Origin: a virus
Lineage: Duplodnaviria; Caudoviricetes
IMG/VR virus record: IMGVR_UViG_3300032213_001671
Location: 1-43,593 of that record
Length of the DNA: 43,593 nt
Direction: 5' to 3' (one strand)
The notes beneath the pieces are model-generated. The model worked only from the letters and a program-made list of their open reading frames with translations. It did no database searches and was not told where the DNA came from. Positions 9,768 through 18,439 of this stretch are shown here, piece by piece. A program made the position numbers and the translations under genes. Position 1 is the stretch's first letter. Every line of letters starts with the position of its first letter.

Positions 9768-11393
9768 TTATACGTTAAAACGTTTTCTGGTATTGTTAAA
9801 TATGTCTTGAATATTAGTTGTGCTCAATGATGTTTCATATACACGAGCACATGCAATTCTTCCGGGCCAATTTGAAGATGCCAATGACCACGGCGGTGCG
9901 CCAATACTAAATATTGTAGATGACGGATTAATCATACCAGTACGAGTGACACTATATAAAGTTCCATTTAAATAAAAATTGACAGTTGTACCATTCCACA
10001 CAAATGCAACGTGTTGCCATGTATTAATTGTTGCGATAACAATACCATTATAATCTTCTGTACCACTGCCATATGAGACCGTACTCCAATAATTACCATT
10101 TATTCTTATTGCGCGTGTTGCTCCATATGTAGTAGTTCCACCTACTCCCATAACGTAATAATCGCCTGTAATAGCAGTTGGATATGCCCATGCCATTATT
10201 GTTCCGGTACTTTGTTGATGTCTTGTAAATCCAGAATTGACTAGATAATCACCTGTACCATCCAATACAAACACACCGCCATTACCACCAGTGGTTGTAA
10301 AAAATGCGTTTCCATTAAAAGTGCAATGATACAAGTTTGGTGAACTATCTGATGCGTATGTGGTAAATGTACTATTTCCAGTGGATGTAAATTTATGTAA
10401 AGTAAATCCGGGTCTTGAAGATGTGTCAACAGTACCACCTGTAGCACGTTGTGGTCCTTTATATGCCACAACAACAATTCCAGATCCACCTTCACCGCCT
10501 TTATTTGTTCTATTGTAGTGAGATCCACCGCCTCCACCGCCTCCAGTATTTGCGCCACCGTTTCCACCAGCCGTTTGTGCCCATGAACAACAACTACCAC
10601 CACCACCTGCGGCACCATTGTTTAAACCAGCACCGCCAGTTGTAGTTCCAAGTGCACCTCCGCCACCTCCTCCAATACCACCGTTTCCACCGGGACTAGT
10701 TGAATACGGAGCACCTCCACCACCACCTCCCCAAAAATAACTTGTTCCTAAAATTGAAATTTCAACTCCATTTCCACCAGCAGCAGCACCACCCGCAGTT
10801 CCTTCACCGCCTATACCACCAGCGCCGCCACCACCACCCGAATAATATTGTCCAGTTCCACCACCGCCTCTGTTTCCATAACCGCCATATGTGGATGTGG
10901 GTTGAGTTGTAGCACCTCCACGTCCACCAGCACCAGCTGCACCACCATTGCCGGTACCGTCACTATAACCAGATGCTCCGCCTCCACTACCACCGGATCC
11001 AGCATATCCATAGTCGGGTGTATAACCCCAGTATGAACTTGCACCATATCCACCACCCAAAGCAGTTCTTTCTGCAAATGATGAATTTCCTCCATTGGTT
11101 CCCCGGATTGTAAATTGATGATCGTTGGGTTGTGGACCAGCACCATCTGTCCGAAATGTTCCTCCACCAGCTGGTGCTCCATATCCGCCGATACCCACTG
11201 TAACTGTATAAGAAGTGCCTGGGTCAAGTTGCATGGCTGGAAAGTACAATACACCTCCACCACCTCCTCCACCTCCCATATCCATGCCTCCGCCGCCTCC
11301 GCCACCAACAATCAACACTTCAAACGAACCATTGTCTGATCCGTCAATTGAAGCAACACATCCATCTGTAGCTATTCTTGGTCCAAAATTCAT
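9768..11393 (-). CDS. LamG domain protein with a large inserted glycine-rich domain
   Basis: GPRIATDGCV N-terminus, then VLIVGGGGGGG...YTVTVG.GG...GGSGIVVVAY Gly-rich domain, then LamG (LDGTGDY, WQHVAFVWNG, FYLNG, RKRFNV). Confidence 0.85.
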   Translation of the reverse strand: MNFGPRIATDGCVASIDGSDNGSFEVLIVGGGGGGGMDMGGGGGGGGVLYFPAMQLDPGTSYTVTVGIGGYGAPAGGGTFRTDGAGPQPNDHQFTIRGTNGGNSSFAERTALGGGYGASSYWGYTPDYGYAGSGGSGGGASGYSDGTGNGGAAGAGGRGGATTQPTSTYGGYGNRGGGGTGQYYSGGGGGAGGIGGEGTAGGAAAGGNGVEISILGTSYFWGGGGGGAPYSTSPGGNGGIGGGGGGALGTTTGGAGLNNGAAGGGGSCCSWAQTAGGNGGANTGGGGGGGSHYNRTNKGGEGGSGIVVVAYKGPQRATGGTVDTSSRPGFTLHKFTSTGNSTFTTYASDSSPNLYHCTFNGNAFFTTTGGNGGVFVLDGTGDYLVNSGFTRHQQSTGTIMAWAYPTAITGDYYVMGVGGTTTYGATRAIRINGNYWSTVSYGSGTEDYNGIVIATINTWQHVAFVWNGTTVNFYLNGTLYSVTRTGMINPSSTIFSIGAPPWSLASSNWPGRIACARVYETSLSTTNIQDIFNNTRKRFNV

Positions 11394-11394
11394 A

Positions 11395-11742
11395 TTATAC
11401 TTGATCTGGAAAAATTATTCTCCATTCGTCTGAATCCAATACATTCAGAATTTCTTCATGTTTATATTCTGGATATTCTAATTTATAAATATCTGGACGA
11501 CCATATGTTCCGGCGTATATCGTCGTTGTTTGAACTTCGTGAGTTTCTGGATTTGTATATGTGAATGTTTCATCATGATCCACAATTTTAACGTCATATT
11601 TCACAAACGTTTTTGTTTTATCAATACTATACCTCAATGAGTTTGCGTCATAGTCAAAAACTTGTGAGAAATTAACCTCAGGAACTATACTTGATGGTAT
11701 TATTAACCATCTTCGATTTGGGAATGGAGTTACAAATGACAT
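11395..11742 (-). CDS. Small partner-family protein (long subtype)
   Basis: FPNRRWLIIPSSIVPEVNFSQV...LRYSIDKTKTFVKYDV...YGRPDIY..EYPEY..EEIL.VL.SDEW. Confidence 0.78.
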   Translation of the reverse strand: MSFVTPFPNRRWLIIPSSIVPEVNFSQVFDYDANSLRYSIDKTKTFVKYDVKIVDHDETFTYTNPETHEVQTTTIYAGTYGRPDIYKLEYPEYKHEEILNVLDSDEWRIIFPDQV

Positions 11743-11760
11743 ATTATTAATAAATAGTGA

Positions 11761-13329
11761 TTACAGACCGAATCTGTCCTTTAAGGTGATATAGTTACTA
11801 TACACTTCTGCGTCATTTAAAACCTTACTGTACAATCTAACAATAGGTATATCTCCAGCATATGAACGTGTTAACGTATCGGGGTTGCCGCCGTCAAAAT
11901 CTGCACCGATAGTAACTGCGGTAGAGACTGATCTTAATGAAGTATTTGCACTATTTTCTGTTAATTGGAGTTGACCATTACGATACATTTTTACAGTGCC
12001 GTTATTGTAAGTAACAGTGTAATTAATATATAATGAAGTTGACAAGTTATGTGCAATTCCATGTGTACTATAACCCGTACCAACAGAATTACCCACCAAA
12101 AAGTATAAATTGCCTTGTGCAAACCAATTTAAAAATAATAAAAAACAATAATTTGATTGACTACCAGATCCCCATTTAGATACTAAAGTTTTAGTTTGTG
12201 ACGTACTTGTAGGTTTTGTCCACACATCAATAGTCAATACAGAACTACTTGGCAACGAAGTAATTCCAGAACTAACATAATCGTTTGTTCCATCAAAATA
12301 CATTTGTGCAAACGAATTAAATGATACATTAGTAACATCAGGTGTATAACGATTTGTTAAGTCCTTTACAGAATTAGTATTACTTCTTGAAGTTAACACG
12401 AATTGAGTCGCATGATCTTTTTGTTCAAATTGCATTTCTGCAATTTCAATGTCCACAGGAAGAGTTGCCGACGGCCAAAAATAAAAATAAATAGCTCCAC
12501 CAGTTGCGGTTGACGTAATTGTTTGTGTCCATTTTGTCCATTCGTTTGTTAAAAATGGACTAAGATATCCGTATTGACCAGTTGCGGTTCCACTAAAGTA
12601 CAAATCGACGTAAATTCGAGCATTTGTCTGTTTTGATCGTACATAACAACTAAAAGTATATTGTGTATTAGCTAAATACGTCGGATACACACCATATGCC
12701 ATTCCGTCAGGTACTCCGTCTGGTCTATGATAATGTAAAACCATACAATCATGAACCACGCCCTTATAATTAAAACCATTCGGAACAATTTCTTTAACTA
12801 ATCCTGAGTTTGGAAGATGTGGCGGACCCCACCACATAGTTGGAAAACTTGTACTGTTTATAGAAACTCTAGTATCCGTTGTTATACTGTCATAAACTTT
12901 ATAGTATCCGGTAGATGTATTCCAATAACCCTGAGATCCATCTTGACTAGAATTGTATGCGTGTAACGTAAATGTGGTATTTGATACTTTTTTTACAAAA
13001 TAGTTAGTACCAGCTGTTACTCCGCCACCAGTAGTTTGTGGTGTGACAACATCATATGTACGTAATGGGTGATTGCCAGACGTTGTAACTAAGTTACCTG
13101 TTACACTGCTGATGGTTCCTATTGAAAAGTAGGTGTTGTTATTATATTGGTTTGTATTATATGTGTCCCAGTTATTTCCGTATGATGGATATGAATTGGC
13201 GACATTCGAATTGTATGTACCAATCAAATTTGTGCTTGGTTCTCCTAGAAATGAATTCTTGGTATCAGCAACATCATATGCAAAAAATAAACCTGCTGTA
13301 TTTATTCTCGGATTTTGAATTAGTGCCAT
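11761..13329 (-). CDS. LamG domain protein with nested inserted beta-domain and CBM-like domain
   Basis: NPRINTAGLFFAYDVADTKNSFLGEPSTNL...; QYTFSCYVRS CBM-like segment; MQFEQKDHATQF; LamG ending LKDRFGL. Confidence 0.85.
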   Translation of the reverse strand: MALIQNPRINTAGLFFAYDVADTKNSFLGEPSTNLIGTYNSNVANSYPSYGNNWDTYNTNQYNNNTYFSIGTISSVTGNLVTTSGNHPLRTYDVVTPQTTGGGVTAGTNYFVKKVSNTTFTLHAYNSSQDGSQGYWNTSTGYYKVYDSITTDTRVSINSTSFPTMWWGPPHLPNSGLVKEIVPNGFNYKGVVHDCMVLHYHRPDGVPDGMAYGVYPTYLANTQYTFSCYVRSKQTNARIYVDLYFSGTATGQYGYLSPFLTNEWTKWTQTITSTATGGAIYFYFWPSATLPVDIEIAEMQFEQKDHATQFVLTSRSNTNSVKDLTNRYTPDVTNVSFNSFAQMYFDGTNDYVSSGITSLPSSSVLTIDVWTKPTSTSQTKTLVSKWGSGSQSNYCFLLFLNWFAQGNLYFLVGNSVGTGYSTHGIAHNLSTSLYINYTVTYNNGTVKMYRNGQLQLTENSANTSLRSVSTAVTIGADFDGGNPDTLTRSYAGDIPIVRLYSKVLNDAEVYSNYITLKDRFGL

Positions 13330-13334
13330 ATAGT

Positions 13335-14579
13335 TTAAATACTAAATCTATCACGTAATGCGTTGAAATTTCTTATTACCTCATTTGATGTTAACTCTCT
13401 ATTGTATACGCGAACAATAGGTACTTCACCATTCATCCACCATACGTTACCACCACTGTGACTACTTGAACCGACGGTAGCACTAACATATGGATAATTT
13501 CCCATATTCAATCCAGTACCAGATCCACTCAAACTTCCATTTGCATAAACTAATATTTGACCACTATTTGATGCGGTTTTTTTATAAACCATAACAACGT
13601 GATTATACAATCCTTTGGTTCTTAATGTTGTACTCGATGCGCTAGTAGCAGTTGCATATGACGCATAATCAGGCGGACCCGTTCTCACATAACAATCAAT
13701 TGCGTTATTTGTATAATTATACCAAAGATTAAAACGGTAATTTTCAAATAATGGACCACCGCTACCACTAGATCCTACAGTGGCTTTAAATATTACTTCA
13801 ACTGAAACTTCAGTGACACTTGGATAAAAATATGGTTCTAAAGATGGAAGTGCTAATGTATCATTTGTACCATCAAAACTAAAAGTACCGTTAGATGAAA
13901 ATGAAACCCCCGATACATTCATTGTTTGTGTCGAATCTCTTATGTTAATTAAAGAATTTGTATTACTACGTGTGCCTAGAACTAACGGTGTAACATATCC
14001 TTTCTGTTCAAGTTGATATCCAAAATACGCTAACTTTTCACCAACGTTATCACCCGTGTAACTACTCATATACACGCCGGTTTCGTTTGCTTGTGTGGTA
14101 AAAGTCACAGTTAATCTAATCCACGCACTTCTTGGCCAATTCAAATAATTTGTATCACCGTTATACGCAAAATTTCCAAGTGAATTGTTATTTATATTTG
14201 TTCTAAGATATGGTGCTGCTTGCATGGACCCGCCACTAAACCAATAATAAATGGACATCGAATATTGTGTGCTTGGAGAAATTCCAATAATTGACGAACC
14301 CAATTGTTGATTACCAACTGTGGTTACTGCAGAACTAAAAATTCGTAAATTAGAAGTATTGACATTTGGTATGATTGGTTTTGATATTGAGGTGTCATCA
14401 TCACTAAAAACGGTGGCTCCAGAATTCACCCACCAATTACCATTTGAATTTAAAAAATTGTTGGTAGCATATGCAATATTAGTTGTCGGTTCACCTTTAT
14501 ATGAATTATAAACATCATACATGTCGTATGCGAATACTAAGTCTGTAGATGTGGTTTTTGGTCCGTGATTTGTAGCCAT
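13335..14579 (-). CDS. LamG domain protein with CBM-like insert
   Basis: Start reassigned to MATNHGPK (ATG 14579). YKGEPTTN...QLEQKGYVTP...FDGTND...YNRELTSNEVIRNFNALRDRFSI. Confidence 0.85.
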   Translation of the reverse strand: MATNHGPKTTSTDLVFAYDMYDVYNSYKGEPTTNIAYATNNFLNSNGNWWVNSGATVFSDDDTSISKPIIPNVNTSNLRIFSSAVTTVGNQQLGSSIIGISPSTQYSMSIYYWFSGGSMQAAPYLRTNINNNSLGNFAYNGDTNYLNWPRSAWIRLTVTFTTQANETGVYMSSYTGDNVGEKLAYFGYQLEQKGYVTPLVLGTRSNTNSLINIRDSTQTMNVSGVSFSSNGTFSFDGTNDTLALPSLEPYFYPSVTEVSVEVIFKATVGSSGSGGPLFENYRFNLWYNYTNNAIDCYVRTGPPDYASYATATSASSTTLRTKGLYNHVVMVYKKTASNSGQILVYANGSLSGSGTGLNMGNYPYVSATVGSSSHSGGNVWWMNGEVPIVRVYNRELTSNEVIRNFNALRDRFSI

Positions 14580-14585
14580 ATATAT

Positions 14586-14593
14586 TATAAATA
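14586..14593 (-). promoter_or_regulatory. TATTTATA upstream motif
   Basis: 6 nt upstream of ATG 14579. Confidence 0.6.
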
Positions 14594-14601
14594 GAATATA
14601 A

Positions 14602-15909
14602 TTAAATTCCAAATCTGTTACGATACATATTAAATGTTTGAATTAATTCATTATTAGATAAAGCTCTATTATAAATCATTTGTATATCAATCAATCCGTT
14701 CCAATTATAATCACTTGATACGGATCTAGCATTTAACATTCCGATTCGTCCGCCTGAATTAACTGTATATCCAGCAGCCAACGCTGCGGAACTTTGTAAT
14801 GTTGCATTTTTGTATAATTTAATATTGGATCCATCCCAAGTCACAGCAGTCATTTGCCAGACATTTGCAACAAGGCCAATAGAACTCAACGTGCCAGCAG
14901 CAGATGTTGATCCGTAATGTCGATATGCAAGTCCATTATCCAGACCAAAATGATGCCAAAACCCAAGATCTGCATAATAAGTATTAAACAATGGCATTGA
15001 ATTATCACCCCAGTTTGATCCATTTGGTTTTAAAAATGCAAGTAAAGTATAAGGAGAATTGGAACTCAATATATTATTAGAAACCCCCACATAACTTGTC
15101 GAACCGTTAAATGATAACGTACCATCAGAACCAAAAGTTGCATTTGATAAATTTAAAGTCGATGATGGATTTGATAAATTAATCAATCCTCCGGTATTTG
15201 ATCGAGTTAACGTTGTAAATGTAGTTGGATAACTTTTTTGTTCTAATTGAAATGAACTCACATAAATAAAACTTGATCCGTTTGTTCCCACTAAATTAGG
15301 TCTGAATTGTACCGTCAAATATTTACAATTATCTGTACCACCATATGCACGAACTGTGGAAGATGTTGTAAATCGTACAAAAATTCGTTGCCATTTATCA
15401 CGAATATTAAGATTGGCTACGGAATTCAATGTATTAATATCACCGCTATAATATCCAGACGCATTTAAAGTGGGATTATTTCCAGTATGCCAATCTACAC
15501 CCGTGCTATTTTGAGTTGCCCAACAATCGGTCGCTCCACTCATTACTACTCCGGATGGAATGTAAACATAAATACTAGCAACATATGTTACGTCGTATGT
15601 TCCAAAACTAGCAATAGTTACATTTCCACTTTGTCCGATTCCAAATCTACTGTATCCATCTGGATCTGAATTAGATATCTTCCATACTGTCATTCCCGCC
15701 ACGGGAGGTTGTATTACATCCGTTGATACTTGTACGATTCCACTGTGCGCAACTGTATTAACAGGAATATAATTGTTGGCCGGTCCCATACTTGATAAGT
15801 TATTCGCAAGATTGGTACTAGGTTCTCCTAAAAATGAATTTTTTGTATCAGCAACATCATATGATAAAACTAATCCATCGGTGACTATTTTTGGTCCCAT
15901 TCTATTCAT
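14602..15909 (-). CDS. LamG domain protein with CBM-like insert
   Basis: Start reassigned to ATG 15909 (MNRMGPKIVTDGLV; 15900 is an alternative). QLEQKSYPTTF; WQMTAVTWDG; YNRALSNNEL...RNRFGI. Confidence 0.85.
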   Translation of the reverse strand: MNRMGPKIVTDGLVLSYDVADTKNSFLGEPSTNLANNLSSMGPANNYIPVNTVAHSGIVQVSTDVIQPPVAGMTVWKISNSDPDGYSRFGIGQSGNVTIASFGTYDVTYVASIYVYIPSGVVMSGATDCWATQNSTGVDWHTGNNPTLNASGYYSGDINTLNSVANLNIRDKWQRIFVRFTTSSTVRAYGGTDNCKYLTVQFRPNLVGTNGSSFIYVSSFQLEQKSYPTTFTTLTRSNTGGLINLSNPSSTLNLSNATFGSDGTLSFNGSTSYVGVSNNILSSNSPYTLLAFLKPNGSNWGDNSMPLFNTYYADLGFWHHFGLDNGLAYRHYGSTSAAGTLSSIGLVANVWQMTAVTWDGSNIKLYKNATLQSSAALAAGYTVNSGGRIGMLNARSVSSDYNWNGLIDIQMIYNRALSNNELIQTFNMYRNRFGI

Positions 15910-15983
15910 AATGCAAATCTCCACTTCGTATAAAGTTGAAGATCTTTGGTTACAATGCCTGGGTTGCCTTGTTGAATAGACAT
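15906..15983 (-). pseudogene. 25-aa mini-ORF consisting only of the N- and C-terminal motifs of the LamG paralogs (internally deleted remnant or mini-protein)
   Basis: Manual translation MSIQQGNPGIVTKDLQLYTKWRFAL*. Starts 1 nt after the upstream TAA, and its TGA overlaps the next ATG (ATGA). Confidence 0.7.
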
Positions 15984-15984
15984 A

Positions 15985-18342
15985 TTAGACCTTTACTTCT
16001 GTTGAAAGTTTATCAATATCTTGTCTTTCAGCAGTAAAGTCCCAATAAAACTCAAATGTTTTGTCACCGTCAAAAATTGCTTTATCGTACCCTACCGTGA
16101 AATAGTTTTCATTGATGTTAATTTCATCAACGTACAATACACGTCCGTGTTTAATATTAGTCAATTGAACATTGACATCATCACCATGAACCAACTTTGA
16201 AATATATTCAGGTAAATCAACTCTTACACCACCACGAACCGCAGTTCCACGTCCAGTCAAACGTACACCGTGATACGGACTTTCCAAACTACCATAAATA
16301 AGTTTGTATCCCTCTTTGGTAGGATGATCAATTTTGAAACTCTTGGTATTAGCAGCAAATGTACCATTCACTTCCAATGTATACGACGGTGATACAGTAT
16401 TAACACCAACCAATCCACTTGGTGTAATCGCTACTCTTGTAGACCCACTCGTCTCCAAATGCAAACTATGAGTGTCATTGGTACCAACCACAGCAGTTTG
16501 ACCAAAACTATTGCCACTTTGAACAAACGCATTTCCACTCGGTGATACAAAACTTGCACTAGTAGCAGTACCAATCAAATTTCCATACACACCAGATTGT
16601 ACATTCAAACTTCCACTAACACCATAACTGCCATTCAATATCTTGGTGTTGTTCCACTGAGTTCCATTACCATACATCAACAAATCACCAGTACTTGGTG
16701 TTGTTAACGCAACATCACTCAATCCTGACAATGTATTGGACACAGGAGTGGTTCCGCTTGCACCAGTTCCAGTCACATTTCTAAAAATACCACCCTGAAT
16801 TATTGTTGCCTCGCCAGGATCTGTTAATGATACACCACTACCACCTTGTATCGCAATATATCCAAGAAAAATTGCATTTAATGCTGTATTTGGTGCTTCA
16901 GTAAATGGTTCATGAAATTGAGCATCAGCCGCATCAGCCAAACTGTTATACTTTTTATTACCGTAATATACAATAAAAGCGTTGGTAGGACTATTAGGTA
17001 TCCAGAAAACTCTTTGCAATGAATATTGACCACCTGAAACTGTGTCCAATAAACCAGTAGTGGTATTATAATATTTTGTATTATCAATCGTAGAATAGCC
17101 AGCATTATTAACTCCGGTATCAATAACCGGTATAGATCCACTTACATAATAACGATAAATTTTACTAGTATTAATCGCCCCATCAACAACCGTACTAGGA
17201 TGATTTGGATTGAGTACATAGTTTGCACCTTCACGATATGATCTACCTTCACTCTTCTTAATACTGAGTGTTGGATGACTTCCACTTACTTGTAACGTAT
17301 GACCACTGATTTTAAGAGGTCCAAACGCTCTAAAAAAGTCATCAGATTTTTGTTGACTACCATAACTGATCTGAGGAGCATTAAATACGCCGTTACTAAC
17401 ACTGCCACTCAAATGTAAAACGACACCCAACGTAATTTTACTATCCCATTCGTTAATATCATTTTCACCCCATGGAATGGTTTGTTGGACGATTGTACCA
17501 GCTGCATCAACGCCAACGTATGTAATCTTTGCACTACCACTGTAATAAATTGGTAAAGTTTGAGCTGGCCAACTGACTTTGTTCGTAGTAGGATAGGGTG
17601 CGCTACTCGTACTAGCGTTCATCGTAACAATCAATCCTTCACCCTCTGTAACGCCAAATGTTGTGGATCCGGGGGTTGATGATAACATACCTCCGTGCAA
17701 CAAGCCTGTGGATAAAGTACCTTCCAACCAACGAAGACGAACTGTATTTAAATAATTTCCACTGTTTTGCGTGAAGTACAAATCGTTGGTACTACCGCTT
17801 ACGTACATATACGAACTTGTAAGATTGTTTGGAATATTTGCGACAACAGGATTCAACTGCAAATATCCATCGATTTCTTGTGTTCCGACAACCGTTAAAT
17901 GAGACGCACTTAAATTGTTGAAATAACCATTGCCAGCAGAATCAATTCTAGTTGAACCGCTTTGAATCAATCCACCATGAATTTCAACATCTTTTGATCC
18001 ACTATAAATGTTCAACAAATATCCGCCACCAGCAGCATAGTCGTAGATCGCAAAATCACGGGCAGTTGACGCATTTAATCCAATCAATGCCGTAGTACCA
18101 TTACTAGCAGAAGCGTCTGTAAAATACAATCTGCTACCGATTGCAGCATCACCCGCACTATCTCTACGAATTAAACTCCCAGAATCGTCTGATTCAGAAT
18201 ACGCCAACGTTCTTAATGTAGAACTTCCATCAAAGCTCACAACTGTATTTGGCACATCGGACACTCTGACTTCTTGGAAATGAGTATCACTCGAATTTCT
18301 TTGAGTGAGTATCAGATCATATTGATCATATGGACTTGGCAT
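15985..18342 (-). CDS. Tail fibre-like protein with a C-terminal chaperone-like domain
   Basis: Fibre motifs (LSGLSDVAL...GDLLMY; GLVGVNTVSPSYTLEVNG). C-terminal KSFKIDHP...L.YGSLESP..G...LPEY...VQLT...AER.DI is typical of phage fibre ends. Confidence 0.75.
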   Translation of the reverse strand: MPSPYDQYDLILTQRNSSDTHFQEVRVSDVPNTVVSFDGSSTLRTLAYSESDDSGSLIRRDSAGDAAIGSRLYFTDASASNGTTALIGLNASTARDFAIYDYAAGGGYLLNIYSGSKDVEIHGGLIQSGSTRIDSAGNGYFNNLSASHLTVVGTQEIDGYLQLNPVVANIPNNLTSSYMYVSGSTNDLYFTQNSGNYLNTVRLRWLEGTLSTGLLHGGMLSSTPGSTTFGVTEGEGLIVTMNASTSSAPYPTTNKVSWPAQTLPIYYSGSAKITYVGVDAAGTIVQQTIPWGENDINEWDSKITLGVVLHLSGSVSNGVFNAPQISYGSQQKSDDFFRAFGPLKISGHTLQVSGSHPTLSIKKSEGRSYREGANYVLNPNHPSTVVDGAINTSKIYRYYVSGSIPVIDTGVNNAGYSTIDNTKYYNTTTGLLDTVSGGQYSLQRVFWIPNSPTNAFIVYYGNKKYNSLADAADAQFHEPFTEAPNTALNAIFLGYIAIQGGSGVSLTDPGEATIIQGGIFRNVTGTGASGTTPVSNTLSGLSDVALTTPSTGDLLMYGNGTQWNNTKILNGSYGVSGSLNVQSGVYGNLIGTATSASFVSPSGNAFVQSGNSFGQTAVVGTNDTHSLHLETSGSTRVAITPSGLVGVNTVSPSYTLEVNGTFAANTKSFKIDHPTKEGYKLIYGSLESPYHGVRLTGRGTAVRGGVRVDLPEYISKLVHGDDVNVQLTNIKHGRVLYVDEININENYFTVGYDKAIFDGDKTFEFYWDFTAERQDIDKLSTEVKV

Positions 18343-18386
18343 ACCTAATAAATATAAACTTAATATAATTACATACGATATAAATC

Positions 18387-18420
18387 AAAACGCCCAAGAT
18401 TCACATCTCGGGCGTCTTTT
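18387..18420 (-). terminator. Intrinsic terminator-like hairpin
   Basis: Minus strand ACGCCCGAGAT-GTGA-ATCTTGGGCGT followed by TTT; GNRA loop and one G.U pair; lies just after the stop at 18440. Confidence 0.75.
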
Positions 18421-18439
18421 ATCAATTATACGATATCAA

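Noticed and set aside
10241-11433. Overlapping alternative ORFs in the Gly-rich gene (poly-Pro, poly-Val, poly-His frames)
   Set aside because: Expected by-products of GGN codon runs
3339-15909. Diversity-generating retroelement acting on the lectin genes
   Set aside because: No reverse transcriptase in the window and no non-coding template repeat; differences between similar gene ends are not adenine-specific
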